Positions 1 through 11,652 of a stretch of DNA of 64,000 nt are shown piece after piece. The notes beneath the pieces are model-generated. The model was not told the origin of the DNA, searched no databases, and saw nothing but the letters and a program-made list of their open reading frames with translations. Origin of the DNA: Tubiluchus corallicola (taxonomy: Eukaryota; Animalia; Priapulida); NCBI GenBank assembly GCA_030141605.1, contig JAQGDQ010000064.1, positions 238,116 through 302,115 on the forward strand. Reading direction: 5' to 3'. A program made the translations under genes and the position numbers. Within the stretch, counting starts at the first letter, position 1; each line of letters opens with the position of its first letter.

Positions 1-782
1 AGTTAATTTTCTAGTGTTTAACTAGTTCTTAAAATTAAAGTAAAATATTTAATAATAATAAAATCTTCATCAGAAAGGTAACCCTTTCAGCTAGTTTATA
101 TTTTGGGACACTTATCAATATGTGTCTGCTTGGGCTTGGCATTGAGAATTTGATGACTTTTAGATATCACAAGAGTCATCACAAATTTTTTACAAAGTTT
201 TCCCACTTTTCTTTATCCATCCAAATTTTCTTTATTTTCAAGGACTGTACGGTATTCTTACAGTTATTTAATGTGCAATGCCTCACCATCATTATTTGTT
301 GATGTTGTTGTCATAAAGTTAAGAAAATTCGTCGCGAACTTTGATTTGCTATTCGCATCTTATCACCGCTGACTTGATTTTCTTGATTGCAGCTTTCTAA
401 ATTAGCAAGCTGAAGTGCTAATGGAAAGGCAATATACTCTAGGAAGTGAAGTTAGCAAATTTATTGAACGATAATGGAAAGTAGCTTGCTTGGCTTAGTA
501 CCATTTTGAGCGAGCCTGCACGGTGGCGGCATCGTGTGGTCGACTAAAGAAATGCGTAGTTCAATCTCGTTTTTAGTTTCCTTCATTTCAACACAAAATC
601 GTTAAATATTAGTTGATCAAAACATATTAGAAAAATAATTATTGTACTACTTTGATGTTATTGTGCGTTTTACAAAAATCATTAATCCTTTCTTGGCATT
701 ACTTGCATTTGTTTGCTGTACCATAATAGTCTAAACTTGTTTATTTTATTATTGTTTATTTATTTACTTGTTTACTTTTCAG

Positions 783-958
783 ACAACAGCAGGAGTTACA
801 GCAGATCGAGAACAGGGAAGTTGGGCGTCGGTTACTCAGGGAAAAAGCCAAGAAGAGGGAGAGGCGTTCCAGCAGCAAGCGACATAAGAGCTACCGTAGC
901 AAATCCGACCAGAGCGAGGTGACGCCCCTCAACTCTCCCCATTCCCACGATGAAATAG
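783..958 (+). CDS. Kv1/Shaker long-isoform N-terminal exon (internal; upstream exon presumably outside the window)
   Basis: Acceptor tttacttttcAG (781-782). Open frame QQQELQQIENREVGRRLLREKAKKRERRSSSKRHKSYRSKSDQSEVTPLNSPHSHDEI. Donor G|GTATAT is phase 1 and matches the phase-1 acceptor at 3108. Confidence 0.65.
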
Positions 959-1534
959 GTATATAGTTGCCAGTGCGCATACGAGCACTTTTCTTTAATC
1001 GTTGTGAAATTATACTAGCTTGATGAAAAGTTGGTTCTTTTTTCCCCTTATCTTTGCTTTTTTAAATAGTGTGAATTCTTGGTATTCCACTGATTATGTT
1101 AATTTTTCTCATCATGAAGAGAACCCTATAAGCACACATTTACCTCACAAAGTGATAGACACAAAATAAATGGGGGGCAATACTCGCTTTGAACCTTTGT
1201 AGATTTATGAACTCCATTGACCAAACTGCAACTTTGCGAGCTGTTATGAATTTTTCAACAACTTGGGCACCCTGTCGAATGCTGGGGTTTAATACAGAAC
1301 CTACTCGGCCTACCAAATGTAATTAGTTGTGGCTGGACTGGAATCTGTCTCATTTTGAAGTTTTAATCCCTTCAAAATATCTTCTCTAAGTCAGCAGCAA
1401 CATATTGGTTTATTAATGCCTAGACTTGCTTTTCTTAAAACTCAAAACATTCTGATACAATGTGGCATTCATAGCTGAGTGGTCATAGTATGCATTTGAA
1501 TAAAAAGATAGCGTCAAATATGATTAGTTAATGG

Positions 1535-2695
1535 ATGGCTGAGTACCAAGAAGACTATTTCTGGGTAGTTCCGTCTGCCGTTGGTCATAACCTCATCCGG
1601 CTACTTTTTCATTATATTTGGGTTCGAGCATGGCTGCACCGGTTCAATGTCTCATCCCAGAGGACCTTTCCTTTTTCAGTTTTCGCCTTCCTCGCAAAAC
1701 AAAACGAGAATGTGGAAAACATTTAACAAAGAGAATGCGCTTTGTGTATGATTCTGTCAGTTATCAAAACATCCTTTCTACAACAATATCAAGCTTTTTG
1801 CGCCAAACAAACATGTGTGCCAAAAATAATCTGCGTACAATAATAACAAACATCGTTGTTGGTATAACCTTAGACTTGGAGAAAAGTCTAACCTCTAACC
1901 TTAGAGAAAACAGCATTGTGTACGTACTTTTATCCAGGATGTCTGGCAAAGCGTGCATTATTGTTACGCTATGTTTACATGCATTATTATAGGTAGAACA
2001 CTAAATTCATTGAAATTCAGTATCACTTTGACGTAAAAGTGTTCACCTCAGTACATTTTTCTAACATTTTTCTTTGACATAGTATCTTGACTAGCACATG
2101 CTTAGGCAATGCACGAAGCCGCAGGATTTGCCAAATCTGAGCTGAGAAAAGTAAAATATTTTGTGCTTAAGTTGCAAAAACATGACCCACTTTGAAATTT
2201 CCAAGAGTTTTCATTCATATAAGAAATGAAAACGTAGAAAATATTTGTAGCGCATTTTTCAAGAGAAAAACCAAGATTCACGCCGCTCTCACAGTTGGTG
2301 CAAAGACCACTACTAAACTGATAAGGATCTCAGTCTGGAACTAGTAAGTTAGTAAGAAGAAATTTCGTAAGATAGTGCAAAGCTCCCCAAGAAAATGAAC
2401 AAACGGAGGCACTACAGTTGAGGAGGGATCAAGCACAGTTGCAAAAAAATCAAAAAGCACGGATGGTGTTTTAATGCCTGTTTTTGATATTTAGACATCA
2501 AAACTGCAAAATCCACAATCCATTAAAGACATCCTATATACTTTGTTAATAAGCATCTAAAATTAAAGGAGGAAAGAGTATTGTATCACTTAGTTTTAAA
2601 TCACTAGTATCAATGAGCAAAGCACGCGGTATTCACTCCTGGGCTGTATGAGCCTTTTGGTGTAAGTCTTAAATCTTGGGCATGTTAGGTTTAAT
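1535..2695 (+). mobile_element. Possible highly degraded piggyBac-like transposase relic in a Kv1 intron
   Basis: Broken peptides EDYFW..., KRMRFVYD and a Cys-rich end (SCKKIKKHGWCFNACF), with a right end catgttaggt-TTAA. Resemblance is weak. Confidence 0.25.
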
Positions 2696-2819
2696 TAGCG
2701 TTTAGCATTTTGTTGAAATTTTCAAATGATTGTGACTGTTTTCAATTTCGGACCTCAGGAAATCTCGTACTTAAATATCTGTACTGATGTGAAAAACCTA
2801 TAAAAAAGAGCATGATTTT

Positions 2820-3066
2820 ATCTGTATCTGTATCAGTGTCTGTGTCTGTGTCTGTGTCAGTGTCAGTGTCAGTGTCTGTGTCTGTATCTGCATATCTGTA
2901 TCGCATCCGTATCCGTATATGTATCTGTACCTGCATCTGTTCTTTATCTGTGTTTGTAACTGTAACTGCACCTGTATCTGTTTCTATATCTGTATCTGCG
3001 TCTGTGTCTGCGTCTGCGTCTGTATCTGCATCTGCTTCTGCGTCTGCACCTGTATCTGCATTTGTA
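2820..3066. repeat. Hexamer microsatellite (TCTGTR/TCTGCR)n
   Basis: Directly visible tandem hexamers. They account for the spurious SVSV/DTDT ORFs. Confidence 0.95.
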
Positions 3067-3107
3067 TCGGCATTGTATCCGGCATTTAGAAACCTTGATT
3101 TCTGCAG

Positions 3108-3372
3108 GTGTTGCGGAGAATGTGGCTCACACCTGGCGACGGACATCTGACCTCACGATGGGTGACCGAGTGGGTGACGTTGCAGGAGAGAGCAACAACT
3201 TGGAGTCGTATGAACGTGATGATAAGAACACTGATGCATCGTTCCTTCCGCCATGTTTGGAACGCAATCGAAGCATGCGAAGTCTTAGTGCCAAAAGTGC
3301 GGTGACGGACATGGAGAAAAGAGGAATTTCTCCAATGTCTCCTCACTCGCCTGTCTTTCTATACGAGGAGAG
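3108..3372 (+). CDS. Kv1/Shaker long-isoform N-terminal exon
   Basis: Acceptor tttctgcAG (3106-3107). Open frame GVAENVAHTWRRTSDLTMGDRV...SPMSPHSPVFLYEE. Donor AG|GTGCGT is phase 2, and AG+G gives Arg in frame with the core exon at 9918. An internal ATG at 3158 is an alternative start. Confidence 0.7.
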
Positions 3373-3679
3373 GTGCGTAGGTATTTTTAGATAAATTCAT
3401 CGATGTCATCGTCGTAGTAGTACATCGTCACAGTCAAATTCAACTCACGTCTTTAGGAAAAGTTAGTTTTGTCGAATTACATTTTTTCTATTTTCTGTGA
3501 TGAACTAAGACTTTAAATTACTAGCACACAAAACAGCTTCAGCTATAGTGTCTAAAAAGAAGTAAAAAAACATATAAATGAAGAAAAGAAACAGTACAAC
3601 AAAAAGATGGGAGAATAACAAACAAATTATATACATACTACTCATCGTTGTCTTTGTTATGTGTAATGAATGTACTCAC

Positions 3680-3760
3680 CACAACAACAACAACAACAAC
3701 AACAATAATAATAATAATAATTATTATTATTATTATTATTATTATTATAATAATAACAAT
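3680..3760. repeat. Compound (AAC)n(AAT)n(ATT)n microsatellite
   Basis: Directly visible. Confidence 0.95.
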
Positions 3761-3864
3761 CTTTATTTAAAGTCGGCTTTTAGATACAAAATTAACATAA
3801 GTTCAAAGAGCTTATTGCCTACTGTAAATAACAATTCTTCAACTACGTAACAGAGACTATCATT

Positions 3865-3985
3865 ACCCCGCTTTTACACTATACACCAGGCACAGTACCA
3901 GCGGTACTATAAAGTCTTTGGAACAACCTAGCCGCAGTATCGAACTCACGATCTCCCAGACTTATACCAGTCGAACGTAGCTATT
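3865..3985 (-). mobile_element. Degenerate tRNA-derived SINE with a Meta-domain-like core
   Basis: Minus strand has a B-box GAGTTCGATAC followed by CCAAAGACTTTATAGTACCGCTGGTACTGTGCCTGG, resembling the MetaSINE core as recalled. Confidence 0.45.
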
Positions 3986-4321
3986 TCGACCCATGTCAAC
4001 TAAACAAATTCACTTCACAATTAATTCAATGTGAACCAAACTTCAGAATGTTTTGCAAGCGAAATTAGTCGTATCAGCTGCTGTCCAGAAAGACATAAAC
4101 TATTTTAGTGGTGACGAAGTTTGTGATCTATGAACAGGCCACTGTAACGAAGAGTCATCTGTCATGATGCCTTTCACGCAACCTTCTGTAAATCAAGTCG
4201 AATGATGCTGACACCGTTACTAAATATTATCTAATTTCCATTTATTTTTAGGTTAGAAATTAGGACTAACTCAACTTCGAACATGTACCTCTCATTCAAT
4301 TTAATTCACTTCAAGCATTAA

Positions 4322-4456
4322 GTGAGAAAAAATAACTTTGATTCTAAACCTGGTCCGGCCTATATAATTTATAAGCTTGTCTATGATGGGTGTGATCGAC
4401 TGCATATAGGCCAGAACAAAAGGTATCTTTATTACAGGTCAAACGAAAACATTTGA
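4322..4456 (+). mobile_element. Penelope-like retroelement GIY-YIG endonuclease fragment
   Basis: Translates as PAYIIYKLVYDGCDRLHIGQNKRYLYYRSNEN*, matching the pattern VYKIxCxxCxxxYIGQTxRxLxxRxxEH in degenerate form. Confidence 0.6.
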
Positions 4457-5500
4457 CACAAACATTGAGCATGGCCGTCACCACATGACCATTGAGCATT
4501 GTGGTAGTCTTTCTTGACGGAAAATTTAGCTTACAGACCTGTGTTGAATTTAAAGTGGAAGCGTTTAAATGTAATCTGATTCTTAAATTACATTATCTGG
4601 TAATTCTATCTGAAAATCTTATTATAATACATACACTGAAGCGTAAATAAGATCTTATTTTTATATATTAACAAAAATAATCGTTATTACTTTTTTGCAC
4701 AAATACAATTTACTGCATATGGGCATATTATTATCTATTTTAGTATATCATATTTGTATTACCCAGGTTTTCCAAATCCCCTAAGCTGTTAGTAAAATGA
4801 TGATAATGGAAAACTGTATATTACTAAATGTTTGAATTATGTCATGCGTAATGAATGATTGAATCATCGTCAACATGTCAAACCGTTTCAAACATATAGC
4901 GGCTCACTGAAGACAACAAAATATTGTGCACAAAACTAGGTAACGATATGTACAGGAAAATATATTTCAAAACTGTAATAATTCATTTCACTTCGCTACT
5001 GCATAATCAAGGTTTCCTAATGTTAAGCTTGCTTACTACGACCTTAGCCTTTGCCTTTATGTAACAACATGAAAATCTTAAACGTTTCAAAAAGTAGACC
5101 TATAGAAAAATTCCGTGCCAGTGTAACACAGTATGCAGAGTGCTAATATCTTAAGCCAACAATAATTCTATACTAAAATGGTTAGTATAGAACTTTATTT
5201 TGTTTATTAAGTGTACTATTATTATTGGACAAGCACGAAATTTTTAAATAAGTGATATAAATGGACACTAAACCACTTCAAGTGGAGTTACTAAAATCAA
5301 GTTTAAAATGCTTAACACAACACGAGATACGAATGTATTTGCTTTGTGCAGACTAAACGAATTGGAATACATACTGGCAATATGTATTCTATATACACAT
5401 TACCAAATATGTACACAGTACTAAATACACATTACCAATACTTACGACTGAAGAATTATTACTAATTTAGTATTCTTAGAACCAGTACATTTTATACGAT

Positions 5501-5688
5501 AAACTATACATTGTTGTAATTTTATTGTCCGTTGATATTTCTTAACCGTCAACCAACCAGGCCCAATAAGCTACTTTTTAAGGTTACTAGACAGTTACTA
5601 GTAAACTTAACAAGTACATTATTGACTTGGTTGCTTGACGGTTAAGGAACCATCAACCGACAACAAAATTGCAACAACCTTCAGTTTA
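5501..5688. repeat. Imperfect inverted repeat / small MITE
   Basis: ttgttgtaattttattgtccgttgatatttcttaaccgtcaaccaacc pairs with ggttgcttgacggttaaggaaccatcaaccgacaacaaaattgcaacaa. Confidence 0.75.
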
Positions 5689-8200
5689 CATTCGACTAAA
5701 ATAATAAGATGTGTTTGGGATTTCATTTAGTGAGCTCAAAAAGTAGTTACCCAAATTTTATTTTCTCACCAACTCCATACCAGAATTAAGAAACGAATAA
5801 AACAAAACGAGCAACCTGAAGTAAATGTAAATGTATAGTAGTCAAACACAGGCAAGTCAAAATTTTTCATACGTTATGAGATTTTCACTACATTCATCAA
5901 GTCTACATTCACCACAAATTCAACACAGCATTCTACATCTGCACAAAATATACTAACTGACAGAAAGTTTTTCAATTTCATTTAATGTCACTGAAATCAG
6001 ATAAAAACTTAATGAAAATTTTTTTAGAAGAAATGTATTATTATTATTGAAATTTTGCGGTACCTATAACAGCGTTCAACACGGATCAATATTCATCTCA
6101 AACGGCAATCTTTTTTCTTGAATGATGCAACCAAAAGCTGTTGACATATTATATTCTTTAAAATGGAAAAGTCGAAAATGCCAAAGATTTGGTAATTCAG
6201 GAACATTGCACGAACAGCTCCCTCGAATTCGTATCGGCGTCTATATTTCAAAATGTGTGCATTAGGTGGCGCTGGTGTAGTTTCCTCGGTTGATATGCGA
6301 GACAGAAGGGGAATGGTCTCCTGCAGAGTTTGGAAAGGTAAAGCGGATATGGCCTACTGCTTTGAGAGCTATGAAGCTAGCAAGAAAAGATAAACGAACC
6401 ACCAACTGTAACAGCTGCAAACTCACGAAGTTTCCACATATTACAAGATAGTTTAGACTATTTAGAGAGTGGTTCTCGAAACCCTAAACAAAAATAATTG
6501 TCTATAGAGCTAAACCCTGCTTTTCTAAAACAAGTTACCTTCATTCGCATCGCTTAATAGACCTATTAGGAAGAATTTAGGCCTATTTGGCCTATATACT
6601 TTTTACAAAATGATGAAATCACTCTGTTTATTTCCAGTTTCGAAAATTTGACATATCACACATAATTAACTTCTTCTGTCTAATGCCTGTTTCACTCACA
6701 TCTAATACGTATTTCTTTGCTATTTCTTTCGTATTTTCATACCTATCACCTTTTAATAGTTGTTTTGAAAAGAAGTTGATGGGAAATGTAAATGTGGATC
6801 CGAGTAGAATGTTTAGAGCACATTCCTCTGCGCCCTCTTTCTACGAAAATGAAAAATGAATGGTCGTGTATAGGAAGGAGTATCTGATAATGATGGAATA
6901 GATCGAGTTTTGTTTCAAAATATTGATTGATACGGGTAAAAAATTACTCAGCAATATAACGAAAAAGCGCTGCAAAAAGTTTGTGTACATTTACATGTTC
7001 TATAAAGTGGGAGCAATAATGAAATGAACGCGGAAAGTACGAAACGGAGTAAAAGGTAGCCCAAAGCGGAGCTAAGAAAAGAAGGGAGAAATATAACACA
7101 GCTGAGAAAGCAAGCGCCTATATATAACCATAGCGCAACGAAAATAGATACATTTAACATATACCCCTACTGACCCTAGCGGACGGGCTGGCTCTACAGT
7201 AAGCCTGCTTTTGAGAGGGAAGCCAGCTAGCTAGCTGCAGCGAGCTAGTGAAAATCAATATGCTATTTCATTATTTATGCCCATACTCTCAGCAAAGCAC
7301 CAAAGCGTCAGCTAGTTGCAGCGGTTTTCTCTCTCTCGCGCTCTCTCTGCCTTATCATCAGGAACTGTCATTTGCGGGATGTGGATGCAACACAGACCAC
7401 ATAATAGCTTCGAGCCTGCTTGCTGGAAAGTGTAGTTGATTGTGAATATAACGCGGTAATGGTGGAAGCCAGGCTGATAAGCATCTATTGGAACGATTTG
7501 TTATTTGTCCGAACAAGTGATGTGCTGTGTCATCGATAACAGAGTAGTGTATGAGACGCGCAACGGTGATTTAACCTTGAAAACAATAGCCGCTATTATA
7601 TTATAATGACGTAATTATCAGAATTTTCGTGAACTAACAAAAGTTCGTTATCAGATTAATCGTCACGAACTTTTTCACTGTTTCGCACTTGCGCGGATGT
7701 AATACACATGTCTTTTGGTGGAAGTTAATCATTTTTTATTTAGAAATTAATAGATAATTTCGTTTATAAATGTTTCACAAGAATACTCTGCCTTTGCAGC
7801 GGACTGTAGAACTAGCGGGCTTTGAAATGAATGCGGGATAGAATATAAAGGAAGCCAGCGATTTTGTCTACAGTATTTTATGCTGTTCAGCTGTTACAAC
7901 GAATTTTACTTGCATCTCTCTTAAATGAAGCCATTTGCTCTTGATCTTCAAGAAGCATCTTTAACGCTGTTCTCTGGTACTGCGCAATTAACAGGAGCAG
8001 AAATTCCTGACTAACGGCCTCAGTCCTCATGACTTTTCGTATGCCAACTTCAACTCAGAAATCATGATGACGTCATGGGTGCTACGAAATCGCAGAAGTC
8101 TTCTGCATTTGTAAATGTACCACCTCAATTTATGTCACCAGAATATTAGCAGCTCAATTAACAAGTGATCAGCACTTTCAACATCACCAGCTGGTAATCT

Positions 8201-8313
8201 ATGGAAGCAGCAATGGCTGGAATTGATGGTGGTGGTCACACCGCCTACGAGCAGGCCATGAGGAAATTTCCATGGTTTATGCCTCCTCGCGTCCCCCTGT
8301 ACATGAATCCTAG
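8201..8313 (+). CDS. Sh: Kv1/Shaker alternative first coding exon with an N-type inactivation-ball-like peptide
   Basis: Encodes MEAAMAGIDGGGHTAYEQAMRKFPWFMPPRVPLYMNP, resembling the Aplysia Kv1 (MEVAMAGIEG) and Kv1.4 (MEVAM) inactivation peptides. An in-frame TAA lies just upstream of the ATG. Donor AG|GTAACG is phase 2 and joins 9918 in frame, giving a 526-aa protein. Confidence 0.88.
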
Positions 8314-9917
8314 GTAACGTTTATTGTTCGAAAGTTTGGCCACGGGGAGTAGGCACAGGCTGTAAAAAAGCTTCAAAAAGTAGAAAAAAAATTATCCTGG
8401 AAATAGATGAGAAGCAGTATTGTATCTGTTGTCTACAATAGAAATACAACATTGTTTCCAATATATTACCATTATTGTTTCTACTTTTTATACCTTTTCA
8501 GACTGTACCTAGCATCCAAGTGGCAACCTCAACACCCCCCCATGCTTATTGCAGATAATATTACTTACTGGTTACAACCTCAATTGCTTTCACATGCAGT
8601 AAATTTACTATAATAGAAAATTAATCATATTATGCTGTTTAGAACACGAATGAATTTTGTGATGTAAAAATTTTAGATAAAAAAATTTTCACTGACGTTT
8701 TGCTTCTATAATTACGACATTACTTTGTAAATAGAACACATCCTTCATCTGCTTGTTGCTTGGGCTTAGTTGAAAATGCTTCAAATGATACAAGTTCATC
8801 TTGCTGTGTTTCTTTGATTTAATGCAATGACTGTTTGGAATCAGTCCCCAGTTGAATAAACAAGGTCCCAAGAATTGAACACACAGCTTTTTAGTTACAT
8901 TCCAGATATTCTAGCCACACCACTGGCTTACCATGCACCAACTGTCTTAAATTTAGTGCTTATCTTTCTCAGTTTGTGTTGCAACAAAAACTTACCAACA
9001 TTCATTAAGGTGAAATAAACGATTAAAAGAAAATTAAAGCTAAAGGAAAATGCTGTTGATACAAGCTGCAACTGACGTAGCTTTGCCCTCCACCTTTCAG
9101 TAGTTTTGTTATTGCATTATTATTCAACTTTCACCAGGTTCCTATTTCTAATTTGTTTTAGGTACAATAGAAATTTCAGTTGCAGATTAGTTTGTTGAAC
9201 AACACAGTTAACTTTAAGTTGTTTGTTTGTTTGCTAGCGTGCTTATTTTTGTTTGTTCGTTTGTTTATGTTTGTTTGTTTTTTTTGTTTGTTTGCTAACC
9301 TTAACCATAAGTGGTATTACCTACTAGCTAACTTAGAAAGAAGACATATTCAGACAAAACCAATTACACTGACCTTGCACACCATATGATACCAGCGCAA
9401 GATATATTTCTACTAGACTTAATATTATTTATTTTGATGTCATTCACAGAAAATGTGCATACAGTTTATATGTCAGGCTGAATAACAGTGAAAATTTTAT
9501 ATGCAAAAACATTTTAAACAGTGATGTAAAATTTTCTTCTGTAATTAGATGTCATTGGCGTAGTTTGTTATATAGTTAATTGTTATTTGTGTTATTGTTG
9601 TGTTTCATGATTTATTGTATTATTTGTATTAATTTGTAATGTGTTTATGAACTTTGCGAAGTTTGAAATAAAGTATTAAATCTAAATCTTGCACAAGGCT
9701 GGACACATGACGATAAGCTATTTATTGCTTCTAGGCACACGAGAAAAATTTCTCGATATTAACGAAATTTTGTTCATGCAGTTAGTTTATTGATCCCATG
9801 TGGGGTAAATTGCTTGAACTCTATGTGGTTTAGAAACGAAATTCCTTATAACATGTCCCAGTCGTAATCGTCCTAATAATTTCTTTAATTACTAATTTAC
9901 CTCATTTTCTCTTCCAG

Positions 9918-11385
9918 GGCATACAAGTTTCCTGATGAACCAGATGTGGAGAGCAGTCGGCATGCCTGTCGCGCAACAGAATCAGACTGCTGTGAACGCG
10001 TAGTGATAAATGTGAGTGGCATGCGATTCGAAACAAAACTACGAACTCTCAATCTCTTTCCAGATACGCTACTCGGTGATCCTCAAAAACGTATTCGTTA
10101 CTTCGACCCATTGCGCAATGAATACTTTTTTGATCGAAACCGGCCGAGCTTCGATGCAATTCTGTATTATTACCAAAGTGGTGGTAGATTACGCAGACCT
10201 GTAAATGTCCCATTAGATGTGTTTACTGAAGAGATTAGGTTCTATGAACTAGGCGAAGCTGCATTGGAAAAATACCGTGAAGACGAAGGTTTTATAAAAG
10301 AGGAGGAACGACCCCTTCCGGAAGGTGAACTCCAGCGAAAGCTATGGTGCTTATTAGAGTACCCTGAAACGTCTCAATGGGCGAGAATTATAGCTATATT
10401 CTCAGTATTTATAATCTTACTCTCGATCGTGATATTTTGCCTGGAAACACTTCCAGTGTTCAGGCACTATAAAAAAGTAACAGGACCACATAATAAGACT
10501 TCTTTCAAAGATGATACAGTGCCACAAAAGACTGATCCGTTTTTCATTATTGAGACTATATGCATCATCTGGTTCACCACAGAATTAACGCTGAGGTTTG
10601 CTGCCAGTCCAAGTAAACTTCAATTTGCGCGTAGCATTATGAATATCATTGATATGGTGGCTATTATTCCTTACTTTGTCACATTAGGTACTGTATTAGC
10701 CAATGAAGAGAAGAGCAGCAGTCAGGCTATGTCACTGGCTATTCTTCGTGTGATTCGTCTAGTAAGGGTATTTAGGATATTCAAATTATCGCGACATTCA
10801 AAAGGACTGCAAATTCTAGGACAAACGTTAAAAGCAAGTATGCGGGAACTTGGCTTGCTAATATTCTTCCTGTTTATTGGGGTAATATTGTTCTCTAGTG
10901 CTGTGTATTTTGCAGAACAAGATAATAATCAGACACATTTTACCAGTATACCAGATGCCTTCTGGTGGGCTGTTGTCACTATGACAACAGTTGGTTATGG
11001 TGACATGCGACCCGTCAGTTATGGCGGCAAAATAGTTGGTTCACTGTGTGCCATAGCAGGTGTGCTAACCATTGCTTTGCCTGTTCCAGTCATTGTGTCA
11101 AATTTCAACTATTTCTACCACCGAGAAACAGACAATACTGAGCAACAGCTGTGCCTAAGTGAAACAGATGCAGATAACTCGCCTCCAAGTTCTGTGGGTG
11201 ATGACGGACAATATTTATCTGGCTCAATCAAGCGCAAGTCAACTATTAGCAACAGTAGCTCAGATATGGTAGAAATGGAAGAAGGACTCGGAACTAGGAG
11301 TCAAGAAGTGAGTAAAAATCCAGGACAGCAATGCAATACTAGTCACAATAATGTTAATTCACTCAGCATAGAGACTGATGTATGA
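9918..11385 (+). CDS. Sh: Shaker/Kv1 (KCNA) voltage-gated potassium channel alpha subunit, core exon (T1, S1-S6, C-tail)
   Basis: Acceptor ttttctcttccAG (9916-9917). T1 domain [14 protein letters not shown]...[27 protein letters not shown]4 [23 protein letters not shown], pore [10 protein letters not shown]6 PVP hinge, and C-terminal class I PDZ ligand ETDV. The ORF-track GTG start at 9946 lies inside the exon. Confidence 0.98.
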
Positions 11386-11652
11386 CTATATGGCAGGACG
11401 GATGATAAGGTCATTCCAGACCAGAAACCCGTTCCTGTTGTACTTATAGAGGCAACGTCAGAACAAGCCATTCCTGCACTTCCTGAAGAAGAAACTGTCC
11501 TTCAAACGGAAGATGACAATGGCCATGATGATGCCGATGAATGTCTTCCTGAAGACACTTGTGAAGTCTCTTCTACTGTGTCTGAACAGCCGCCAAACAA
11601 AGAAGAGGAGAAAACAGAAGAGCATGGAGAGGAAGGATGCCCTCTCCTTTGA
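11383..11652 (+). other. Putative stop-codon readthrough extension of Kv1 (UGA-CUA, 88 further sense codons, ends CPLL)
   Basis: TGA CTA at 11383-11388. Uninterrupted in-frame LYGRTDDKVIPDQKPVPVVLIEATSEQAIPALPEEETVLQTEDDNGHDDADECLPEDTCEVSSTVSEQPPNKEEEKTEEHGEEGCPLL up to TGA at 11650-11652. Confidence 0.7.

Noticed and set aside
2742-3150. SVSV/DTDT ORFs, and similar ORFs at 30472, 52946, 53377-53775, 54072 and 59020
   Set aside because: Translations of microsatellites.
4900-4940. Hammerhead ribozyme near the Penelope fragment (CTGAAGA)
   Set aside because: No properly placed GAAA or stem II. The other CTGANGA hits I checked also failed.
6258-6276. CTCF-like motif TAGGTGGCGC (similar motifs near 12690, 32744 and 33160)
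   Set aside because: Short partial matches that cannot be supported without ChIP or conservation data.
9946-9948. GTG start of the 479-aa ORF
   Set aside because: It lies inside an exon. A good acceptor at 9916-9917 and phase-matched upstream exons give better starts.
11060-11090. A-to-I editing at the S6 Ile equivalent to Kv1.1 I400V
   Set aside because: The codon is present, but editing cannot be seen in genomic DNA and I found no convincing hairpin.
11383-11652. Selenocysteine decoding of the two in-frame UGAs
   Set aside because: No SECIS recognised by eye, Kv channels are not known selenoproteins, and the CUA context fits ordinary readthrough better. A SECIS search would settle it.
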